DNA of 64,000 bases, from the NCBI GenBank assembly GCA_028534125.1, contig CM052851.1, positions 31,682,001-31,746,000 of the forward strand, in the 5' to 3' direction. The translations under genes were made by a program, and so were the position numbers. Shown here piece by piece: positions 24,428-36,400 of the stretch. The notes under the pieces were generated by a model. The model was given only the letters and a program-made list of their open reading frames with translations. It searched no databases and had not been told where the DNA came from. The stretch is from Lama glama. Its lineage: Eukaryota. Numbering within the stretch: position 1 is the first letter of the stretch; every line of letters begins with the position of its first letter.

Positions 24428-27400
24428 GTGAGTCTTCCGAGCACCCAGGTGCCTCCCAACCTCCGAATGGAGGGAGAGCCCCTGTTGGCACTGGGGCTGG
24501 AGGAGAGCCTGGGGAATCTGTGCATTTGAGAGGAGTGACTCAGCTCGTCCGTGGGTCTTTGTTTAAATGGGGATTTATTTTTCTAATCCCTGTTGTCTTT
24601 CAGACCTATTATCATTTGTAGCTACTCTAGGCTCAGCTGGAGGGGAGAGCAGGCTGCTGAGGGTGTGCAGGAGGGTGGAGAAAGGGGTGAAGGGATGGGG
24701 AGTCTGGGCCTGATCGGGACATGACCACTGACCGGTGGTGTGTTGGGCAGACTTCAAAAGGTAAGATTAGGAAATACAACCTGACTGTGGCATGAACCAA
24801 AAGTGGAATGGATGATGTGGAGAAACTTCTTGATAGTTGCGAAGACTCTGTCATGATCTGTGAATGTCAGATCATGCTGCTTGAGCTGGGTTGACTGTAT
24901 TGTGGGGAGCATGGTATCTGGACCACAGGCCATTGCAGTCACTGCAGAGACAACACCAAGGCAGACTGCCCATGGGGTGGCAACTTGTCCCATGATAAGC
25001 AGCCTTGGGAGGAATGGAGGAAGGAGGGCAGGGGACATATTTTTTGTTTTTTTCTTTTTATAAAAGTATTATTTTTTTTCTCCTTATAACAAATAATCAT
25101 GATAAGCAGCCTTGGGAGGAATGGAGGAAGGAGGGCAGGGGACGTATTTTTTGTTTTTTTCTTTTTATAAAAGTATTATTTTTTTTCTCCTTATAACAAA
25201 TAATCATTGTAAAAATGTTAGAAAATAGAGACAAGTGAAAAAAAGAAAAGAAAAAACCCTCATGATCCTATGACACTGCATACATTTTCATATCTCTCCT
25301 TCCAGACCTTTTTGTTAAGGAAAAAACAACAGCTCTTGAATACTAATTTTGAAGTCTCAAACATGTAGCTTGTGAGAAACCTCATGATTGGCGAAGAACC
25401 TGAGGGTCGAGTCTTCAGTGACACTCTTTTAGATAGATGTGGGAAACAGCTAGATGTGACTCTGAGGCGATAACTCTAAAATAAACGGTTTAGTCACCCT
25501 GTGAGCCAGTGCCCCAGCACCCCAGCTACTGATGAAGTGCCTCAAGCATCCCAGTGAGCAGGGACCCCTTGGATGCAATTCACACCTTATCCAGTAGGGG
25601 GTGCCCAAAATACTTCTGACGGCCTGTTGAGATGGTCAAGGTTGGATGCCATCACATAGGAGTCTGCCGGGACCTGAAACGGCTGGCTTGAGGAAAAGAA
25701 GTCTCCACATCTCCAAAGGGATGTGAGAGCTGTCTGCAAACATCTGAAAGGCTGTCTTGTGAAGAGGAGAGCATGTTCATTCTGTGTGTGTCTTAGGAAG
25801 AGGGCATATATTTCATACATAGAAATTAAAGAGAGGACTGTTGGCCCATGGGATGCAGAACTTTCTGACTCTAAAAGTAGTCCAGTCATGGAACTTGATC
25901 ACTCGGGGGGAAGAAAATGAGTGTTCCGTCACTGGAGGCATTCAAGTATTGCCTGGATAGACATTGGAGAGGAAATTTCCACAATGGGTGGGAGGTCGCA
26001 ATGACATCACAAGTCCCTTCCAACTATGAAACAGCTCTGTGATTCAGATGTGAGTCATAGAATTCAGAGATGATTCTACAACCAGGGATGGCCCCACTGG
26101 CTAGAAAAACTCCACAGAAAAATAGGACATGATGTATAGGAGTTCAGAGAGTAACCTGGTGCGGAGAGAGCATGGGGTCTGGCCTTTGAGTCTGGCTGTT
26201 CTGCATATGGGCTGTGGGTTTATAGACAAGTCACTTAGCCTTGCTGGTCCGCTAGTCCTTTATATGCAAATGGAAACAACAACAATATGAACATTTACCC
26301 TCATAAGGATTAAATCAACGTAATCACACAAGCATTTATTCAGCAGATACTTACAGAGCACCTGCTATGTGTCAGGTACTATCCTGAGTGCTTGGGATAT
26401 AGTGGTGAATGAAACATAGTCCCTGCTCTGCTTTGGGCTGTTTCTGGAAAACAGGGTGAAGCCACCGCAGAGAGGCCACAGTAATACATATGATATGTTT
26501 AATTCCAACCCGCTCTCCCATTCTGCCCGAAAGCCAACAACCAACATAGAATGGGAGAAGAGTATTGGTCACCTCCACTGGACCGCGCACGTTGTCTTCC
26601 TTGTGGGGCAGGCACTGTACTATGTGCTTTTACAGGTACGCAGGAGGGCAGGGCCACTCATTTCTGACACTGCCTACCAGGAGATAGCCTCAGATCCCGC
26701 AGGTAAAGGGCTCAATCCCACAAGCCCGCCCTCCACTTCAGACGCCAGTCGCAAGCCCAGGTTGTGACTTGTACCTCTGACTCGCCACAAATTTGAGGTT
26801 CTGACAATTGCCTTCAACTCAAGATACCAGTTGCAAGTCCATGCAATTACCTGTCCTTCTGACCAACTGGTTATCTAGCAGAGGTTCCCACAGCCCCCTC
26901 CTTGGATTCAATTAGTGTAGAACAACTCACAGAACTTGGAGAAACACTTTACTGATTACCAATTTATTATGAAAGGATATTAAAGGATACAGAGGAACAT
27001 CCAGATGGAGGAGATGCACAGGGCAAGGCATGGGGAGAAGGCACAGAGCTGCCATGCCGTCTCCCAGCACCTCTTTCCCCACCTGCCCACGTGTGCACCA
27101 GCCCATCCACATGTCTGCTAGCACCTCTCTCCCCACCTGTCCATATGTGCACCAGCCCATCCACATGTCTGCCAGCACCTCTCTCCCCACCTGTCCACGT
27201 GTGCACCAGCCCGGAAGCTCTCCGGGGCCTGTCCTTTCGGATGTTTTTGGAGGCTTCATTACAGAGGTGTGATTGACTAAATTGTTGTCATTGTTGAATG
27301 ATTCAACCCCCGGCCTCTCTCCCCTCCCTGGAGGTCGGGCTTGGGACTGGAAAGTTCCAGTGTTCTGATCACATGTTTGGTTCTCCTGGCAACCAGCCCC

Positions 27401-30400
27401 CACCTTTGTACAATCCCAGAAGTCACCTTCCCTGAGGCATTTTTTCGGAAACTGAGGACAAGAGACCAAATATTATCCCACTGCTCTTATAGCTCAAGAA
27501 ATTTCAAATGCTTTGGGAGTTGTGAGTTAGGAACTGTGGATGAAGACCAAATATATATAAGAAATACATATTTTAATCATCTGAATGACCAAGTATGTAT
27601 TTCTTTTAAGTCATAAGTCACAATATCACAACGTGTGTCTCACGTCGTCCTCTCTGCTACCCTCTCTGCTGGTCGGCATTATTTGCTGTCTTCATCTTAT
27701 AGAAAAAAAGGATCAAGGTCCAGGGAGGCTAGAGAGTCTATCTAGGGTCACTTAGCTCATGTTTAGTAGAGTGAGGATTCACTCCAGGGAGTTTCTTTCC
27801 AGAACCCATGCTCCTGGCCACTACCCCATTCCTCCTCCTTTGTCACCAGGGAGCCATCATCAACTCCTGGCACCCTGTGGAGGGAGGCAAGAAGAACTAA
27901 GTCCTGTCCCCAGGGAGGAGTCGAGCAATGTCGCTGTGCCTGTCCCCATCTGTGTCCTTCCTCTGGGAAGTCTGGCAAGTTATGTGCCCCTCTAGGCTCC
28001 CACGATGCTGTCTTGGTGTTGCAATAACTTTTTGTCTGTTTCCTCCATGGGAGGCAACTATGTCTTTATTCCATCCTCCGTGACCAACATTCATTGATTC
28101 ATTTCTTCATTCATTTACTGACTATTCATTGACCACCTCCATGTGCTGGGCACTCTGTGAGCACTGGAGAGTCAACGATGAACCAACCTGAGAAAATTTC
28201 CCACCCTCACAAGGCAGTATTGTGTACTAGTTAAGAGCAGGCATTCTGGACCCAGGCTTGGCTCCACCATTTACCATTGGGGTGATCGTGGGCAAGCTAC
28301 GTAACCCCTCTGTGCCTTCCATTTACAAGGTGGCGGGTGTAACATTCAGTACCATGTAGAGTTGTTGGGGGATTAAATGAACGGCCAGAGCTCAGAACAG
28401 TGCCTGGAATGCAGCAAGTGATACATAGGTGTTTGCTATTAAGGCAAAGATAGACAATAATTAAGTGAAATATATAGTACAGCTGATGGTGATAAGTGCT
28501 TTGAAGAAAATTAAAGCCGAGAAGGGAAGAGTGGGAAAGGACAGCAGGGGCTGGGTTGGGGGCGGTTGGCACTGAAAATAGGGTGGTCCTGGAGCCTGGT
28601 AAGGAGTAGACGTCCACCCTGTTTGTGCAACCACTGACCTAAGCTGCAGCTTGGACGTAAAAGGAGATGGAGGTATCCTGGCCCCCAGAATTGAGGCACT
28701 GGACTATTAGAATGAGCCCATGGGCACTGCAAGCAATTGCATAATGGTGGTGTAAAAATACAGCCCTCGAGTAATCTCTCCCCCTCCCAGCTGTCTTCCC
28801 CGCTGGGCAAGACTAACAGGCGAGGCAGAGCGAGGGCCAACCATGCCTGAGTGACTCACTCATTCCCACACGCACTGCCAGGCGGAGGCGACATGGCCAA
28901 CACTGGGCCGTGGTCACCCAGGCCGCGGTCACCCGGACCTGAGCCAGCGCCAAGCAGGTCATCCAGTCCTCCCAGATTGAGATTTCCTGGACGAAAACAT
29001 CCTCAGGTATCGCCCACAGCTGTCCCAGAGATAGACGCGCCCACGTGCACCCCCAGAGGCATTCCACGCAGGCGCTCACACGCTTGTGTTTGTTCTCGCT
29101 TGTCACAGCCTCCTGCTCATGTACGCACGTGCACATACCCACATGCAGTCCCCAGGCACATGCCCTGTCTATGTCTCACCCAGCTATGGGTGGGGTGGGG
29201 GGCGGGCACACACCCACCCTCGAGCTCCCGCACCTTCGAGCCGTCTTCTTCCTGCACACCCGCACCTCTTAGCTCCATGGCCCCATGGCCCACCCCTTTC
29301 CACGAGATATGCTTCTTAGAGCTAGGCACACCTGTTTGTTCTCTGTTCCCTCTGTAGGTCTCATTCCTTCCTGCAACCATGCCCCTTCTCACGCAGACAG
29401 ACAAGCAGGCACACTCCTTCCCTCCCGTTCCTGGCCCTCCTTGCACACAATTCCCAGGTCCACACACGTGTGCACACAGGTTTTTCCTCTCCCATGTGCA
29501 CTCGCTCTGTTTCACGTGCTCACCTTCCTCTTCTCTTGCACTCCCCCTCGCTTGCTCACTTCCTTGCTCATATATTTGCTCACAGTCACCCAAACACACT
29601 TACACATCCACACTCACACTCTACCCCCTTCTGTGTGTAGATGTTCACATTTGTGTAGGGCACCCTTGCTGACGCTGGGGCCTCTGCTCCCTCCTGAATA
29701 GCACCATGCAGGCCTAGCCTGGAACCAGTGGCTTCGTCAGGGGCACAGAGCAGAGGAAGGAGGTGGATAAGGCAACAGTATATGCTGGTCATGGCACAGT
29801 GTCACCACGAGTTGCTCAGTGCATCTCCAGCAGGCAGGTTCATGGGCAGACCTGCTCCTAACATTTATAGGGACCAAGATCAGACTGCAAATGGGGCCCC
29901 TGGTGGTGCGCCACCCCCTGCTCGGTCCTGTACTTCCAGGGCCCTTGTGTGCGTGCATGGGGCACGTTCATCTGCACATGTAAGCATGGTCCACATGCCA
30001 CCCCCATAGCTGACCCTTGGGCACCTCTCAGACCTAAAGATACCCAAGTGGAAGGTTATGTCCACACTCAGAAGGCGGTGCCTGCATTTATGCAGGCTTC
30101 AGATCATTTGGGCAGAGTTCTGGAGTCCCAGTAGCCAGAGCATGGCCTAGAAAGGAGGGCCTGGGCACAACGCCTGAGCCCTGTGGCCCTCTCACCCCAT
30201 GGGGAGTGGCATGGCCAGAGGAGAGGGAGCATAGGGCCCGGGTCTAAAGGCAGCACTGCTCTCGGGAACAAGGTGCCCCCACAGCCCTCCTACAGCCAGC
30301 AGTTGGTTGGAGCAATGGCAGTCACCGCCACCCTGAGAGTTAAGTGTGTCATGATTAGCTGGGCCCGGGCAAGGTTGTGAGTAGACACCGAGGGCCTAAG

Positions 30401-33400
30401 TAGGCCATTGCCCATTTGGTAGGAACAGCTGACTTCCTCACACCTTAAGTCTTGGGACCTTGAAGTCTACCCCCAGCCCAGCCCTGGGCTCTGTTTCATC
30501 AAGGGTATTAGGTGGACCCTCCTCTGAGGAGGACACAGCAGGAGACCACTGCCCATCCTGGGTGACTTTTTATAAAGCAAAGGGGAGGCACGTATTGAGG
30601 AAATCTCCATTATCCTCATCATGTAGTGACTATCCCTGGCCATCAGGAAGGTCAGGCCATAGCTTTCCCAGCTGTCCCATCACAACGTGGATAGGGTCTT
30701 GTCCAGAAGCCAACAAAGCCAACTGAAAAGGCAGCCTGACCTGTTATCGATTTGACAAGCTTTTATTTAGCATCCACTATGTGCCCAGTGATGGCCAGGC
30801 ACTGGTGATACAGTGAAGGGTGAGACAGGCCTTGTCCCTGCACAGGGTACCATGGAAGGGTGCAAAAATAATGTCACCTTCTCTTGGGAGATCAGGGAAG
30901 GATTCCTGGAAGAAATGGCCCTTAAACTCTAACCTGAAGGGTGAATGGGGTTTTGGTTCATGTCTTGAGGAACTGGCTATCAAAGCATTTTAAGGAACAG
31001 GTTAACCTCAGATTGGGCCTTGCCCCCCTAACCTGACAACCGTTGTTCTCACAGAGCCCCCTAATCTGGTGCCTGGTACTGGTTTAGACAGGCCTGGGAG
31101 CAGGTGCAGGAGCCCAGATGGACGAATGTAGAGAAGACAGACCTGGATAAAGTATTTTTACTGAGATGGCACTTGTATCGTACCGTCAGTGCTCAGCAGT
31201 TTAAGTGCTATTGACTTCTCTGTTTTCATTCAAGAATTTTAATGCATTTAGATGTTTATTGTTTATTGTGGCTGATGGCACAATGAATTATCTTTGAGTT
31301 GTCACAGTCCGCTTTTTTTCCAATTAGCAGCATGTTTTTCTTTGTTGTTAATGGAGGTTACAGGGATTGAACCCAGGACCTCAAGCATACTAAGCATGCA
31401 CTCTACCACTGAGCTATACCTTTCCCCCTAATTTGAGTTTTCAGAACAGAAATTAAAGAAAAACAAAGCACCATTTGGATGTGCTAAGAATTCGAATTTA
31501 GAGAGCAGTATGTAATGATATCATTATATTGAGGAGAGAAGTACCAACCTGGGTGCTCGCCGGTCAGCGACGGTAGAGGTTAACTGTTCTCAGACACCAG
31601 GACGAATATGGAGGCAGGAGCCCATGTAGCTGGGTCTTGGGGTTCTAGGGGAAGACAGACCTGGGTTCCAGTCAGCTCTGCCACTGACCAGCAGCATGAC
31701 CTCAGGTAAATAGTCTGAGTGCTTTGAGCTCCAAATTCTTCACTCTAAAGTGAGGGTGGTAATATGATAAGATCTTCTCAGAGATTTTGTGAGAATTAAA
31801 TGAACTGATGCATATAAAATGTTGATTACACAGTGCTCGAAAAATGATAGCTAATAATGATGGTGACGGTTGTTCCAGGATGTAGATGTGAGCAATAACA
31901 ACAACAAAAAACCTTTGCGTGTTCCCAGGGCCCAGGCGTCAAGTCCCAGGCCAGTCCTTTAGAAATGGAGTGGATAGTACAGTTTTGCGAGTCTTTCACG
32001 ACTCCCTACCGCAGGCCTGGGACCTCACAGAACCAGCAGACACATGTCGGAGTGTTGTCTACTTGCTGAGTCAGGTGGAAAGAGGGACCAGACTTGCTGC
32101 AGAAGCCAATCACCCGTTTTCCTTCACCAGCACAGAAACAGTTGTGATACTCTTGGGAGTTACCTGGATGTATGGTGAGTCTAGAAAGAGAGTCTTTGCA
32201 ACAGGAAGAAAGAGGCCATCTGGTTCAGGCCCCTGCCTCCACACAGGCTGATGCTAAAGCCCTTTCAGATAAATGGACATGCTTTGTATAACTAAGATAG
32301 GAGTAACAGATGCTGTCAGCTTCCCCCTTGGCCTGGCCCGGGGGCTAATCACCCCAGCTCTCAGGAACTTCTTTATACCTTAAAAAACAAAAACAAAACA
32401 AAAGAAACCTCTTCCTTCCTTTTAAGTTCATTTCTTCTTTTCAGGTCCCAGCATCGGCTTTGATTATCTATTGCTGCCTAACTCTCCAAACTTAGTGACT
32501 TAAAACAACAACCATTTTATTTGTCTGATTCAGAGGCTTGTGCAGGGCTTAGCTGGGTGGTTCTTCTGTTCCCTATGGCATCAACTGAGGTCATTCACTC
32601 AGCTGCACTTACCTGGTTCTGGGCTAGAATAGAAGGTTCAAGAAAGCTTTTCTTACATGTCTGGCACCTCGGTGTGAATACCAGGAGGCAGGGATCATTC
32701 AGACGCCTTGGAGGCTGTCTACCATACTGCTTAAGAGTTGAATCCTTGAAATCCAAAGAGGCACATTCTCAGGATATTCCTATACAGTCATTCCTCGGCA
32801 TTCACGGGGGGTTGGTTCCAGGGCCTGCTGCAGATACTAAAATCCACCGACGCTCAAGTCCCTTATATGAAGTGGCATAGTACAGTTGCCTTCCATGTGC
32901 ACAGATGTGGAACCCTCAGATAGAGAGGGCCCATTATATACAGAATGGTCTATGGGGGAAAAGAATCCACATACAAGGAGAGAAAAAATACCAGAAAATA
33001 TATCTAGAAGAAACCAGTGCCTTTCTCAGTGTGGTAGGATTATGGATATCTTGGGTCTCCTTTGGGCTTTGACAGGTTTTTTTCCACTCATATTTTCCAA
33101 AATCATTTTTATAAGATTGGCCACCCTGAAATATTCATTCATCCTTGCCAGGCAAGAGTGGTAGCTGGGAGGATTGGGGGCCCTCCGGGGTGAGTCACCT
33201 CCCTCCAAGTTGGGCTGCTCAGTCTGGCAGGCCCAGAACCTGGAACTGACCCGGCCCCAGGGATCTTCGTGGGGGCTGGTTGATCCTGCAGGGGCATCTG
33301 TGAAGACAATCACCAAGGCATGGAATCCCCCTCCCCCATAGAAAGCCAATGAAATGACTCATGTCATGTGCTGTTGGTGAACAGGCTTAGAGAACGGGAG

Positions 33401-36400
33401 CCTCAGGGGCCTTTGTTCTCGCTAAGTCTGTGAGCCTTTCCCCCTGCAGGGGTATTGACTCCAGCAGCCAGAGCGCCTGCCCTAGGGCACAAGGAGCAAT
33501 TCCTCTCTCTACAACTGTCCTGTTCCAGGTTGCAGACAGAATGAAGGGTCTTCTGCTTTCATTTATTCTCTCCCCCTTGGATCTCGGCCCAACTTCCAAC
33601 TCAGCAGTTTGGTTTTGTTTTTATTTCTTTATTTTCATTTTTTTTAAATTTTTTAATGGAGGTATTGGGGATTGAACCCAGGACCTCGTGAAGGCTAAGC
33701 ATGCACTCTACCACTGAGCTATTTCCCTCCCCCGATTTTGTTTTTATTTGGAGGAGGAGGGGAAAATGATTGTAGGTTTTAAAGTGTTGTCAGTCATGCT
33801 CTGTGCATGGCCCCGTTATCTTCAGGGGTCCCCACAAAGTCCCTCTCTAGTTTCATTCATTTACTTATTCTCCTCTTTTGCCTCCCACTGCCATGTCCCT
33901 TCTCCCCATAGTTAATGTATTCTAATGTGTTTCATGTGCATTTTGTTTGCTTGTTTCTGTGTGCTCTTACAGAATAGGTGGCAATATTTTGTGTGCAAAT
34001 ACATTTTTTAAGTGTGTGTCTATTATGTTAGATCTCATTCTTTTCACTCAGTGCTCTGTTTCTAAAAATCCTTCCATGGTGTCACATGTACTCTGATCCG
34101 TTGCTCCTAAGGGCTGCCTAGTGTTCCTCATTGTGTCCTGCAAATGGCCTACCAGCTCCCCCAGGTGATGGGTATGCAGGTGCCCAGCTCCCCCCACCTC
34201 CACCACAGACAACACTGGAGAAAATTTGGGCTTACATGCTTCCTAGGACTATGTGAGAATTTCTTTGAGCAGAATCAGTCATTTCCAGACTTTTCTACTT
34301 GCCAGACTGGTTCCAACAGCGAATCTGGGAGAAGCTGGAGCACAGAGAGCCAGGAGGAAATGGTGTGGGTGGAGGCTGGGGAGCTATGCAGGGGCCAGAG
34401 CGTGCTGGGCCCTTATTGATGGCCATGGCAAGGATTTTTATCTTTATCCTAAAAACAAGAGGAAGCCATTGAATGAATCCAAAGCAGGGGCTCAGATTTT
34501 TTTTTTTAAGCCAACAGTGAGTCTTTAGCCCTGGAGGAGCCCTTAAAGACCCCTGGGCACATTCTCTGAATTTAAAGAAGGCCTCTGAGGCCCACAGAGG
34601 CAGTGAGATGCCTGGGTCACACAGCCTACTCGTCACAGGGGCCTCTTGATGCTTTGCCAGAGTTGTAAATCTCCCCAGGTGCTGAGGGCGGCAGCCTCTG
34701 GAGGACTGGGATTGTCAGGACATCTGTCCCCAGAGGGGCTTGGGTTGTTCTTGCTCACCTCCTATCACCTGGGCTTTCCTAGACCAGGACCCACCAGGGA
34801 ACCCCAAGCCAGGAGCCAGCCTTCTGCTGCCAGGGGGCCTGAGACCCTCAGATGCCCACAGGCAGCCCCTGTGAAATGTCCCATGCTGGCTTAATGAGTG
34901 AGAACCAGAGGGTTAAAGATATGCGTGCCAATCCTCGTTCTGCGTCTGACTCTCCGTTTCCTCATCTGTGAAATGGGAGGTGGAGCAAGAGGTTCTCCCA
35001 AGTCTGTCCCTCCCTCCTCACAAGTTTGTGCTCAAGTCTCAGGCCCTTGGGACCTCTGGTACCCTCCGCCGGGGGCCTCTCTGTCAGTTCTTTTAGTTCT
35101 CAGTGTGGGCTGGAGGGAGGAGGCACTGCACCCTCAGAGTTTCATTGACCCTTTTCACCCCTGTACTTCTGGACCTCCGCTCCAGGGAGGCAGAAAGAAC
35201 TGAGCCATTGTTTGCAGCAACAAAGCTGTTTGTAATTTCAGATAGAACCATTTTATTATATCCCATCTGAAGAGAACTTGAGTTGCCTTTTGTTTTGAAA
35301 GCTTGTTAGCATTTCAGATTTAATTAACTGATAAGAGACAAAGGTGCCCCACTTCCGCCACCCCCAGCCCAAGGCCACTCCATCCACCGACCCCAGGTGC
35401 CAACCGGCAGCCTCAGAGCCGCTGCCCACCTTGGGGCAGGGAGCCCACTGTCTACCCCCGCCCCCCTGCTAGGGGCTCACCAGGCAGATGGAAGCGGGGT
35501 ACTGCTGCCTGGCCCTCATGCTCCCCTCCCCTCCTCCCCCTCCTCTCTAAATTCTGCTGTTTACTGAGCGTTCACCGCATGCCAGGCGCCAGGCTAAGAA
35601 CTGTGCATTTTTTACCCTATGATATCCTCAGACAGCAAGTGGATCTGTTGTCCAGAGGAGAGATGAGTCACTTCCCCATTTACACAGGTAGTAAATGGCA
35701 AAGTCAGGCTTTAAACCTAAGTCTGTATGACTCTAAAGCTTTTGTTAGGAGCCCCTACAGGGAGCTTCCTCCTCAGAAACAAGCCACTTGTGGGGACGAG
35801 AGGAGCTGCGGTGCGGACTGGACAGGGCTAGGTCCTAGAGATGGTTCTTGTTACAGGCGTACCTCTTTGTAGCACTTAGCTTTACTGTACCTGGTAGGTA
35901 TTGCGTTTTTTACAAATTGAAGGTTTGTGGCAACCCCCCATCAAGCAAGTCTATTGGCGCCATTTATCCAAAAGCATTATTTTTTTGTCCCTTAAGGGAG
36001 GCACTAGGGATTGAACCCAGGAACTCATGCACACCAGGCATGTACTCTACCCTTCAGCTATANNNNNNNNNNNNNNNNNNNNNNNNNNNNNNNNNNNNNN
36101 NNNNNNNNNNNNNNNNNNNNNNNNNNNNNNNNNNNNNNNNNNNNNNNNNNNNNNNNNNNNNNNNNNNNNNNNNNNNNNNNNNNNNNNNNNNNNNNNNNNN
36201 NNCCTTGCAATGTTCGTTTTATTGCGGTGGTCTGGAACCAAACCCTCAATATCTCCAAGGTACACCTGTTCTTGGAAATCTGCCTGCCAAGAACATCCAC
36301 ACGGGTCCCGTTCCCTAGCACAGCCCACTTAGGGGTCTGCAGACAGCATTCAGCCTTCCTGCCCCACTGTCTCTTAGCCTCTCCCTCTTCAGACTAAACA

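Noticed and set aside
26927-27469. 180-aa ORF with an 18-aa repeat
   Set aside because: Simply the translation of the 54-bp minisatellite inside an LTR.
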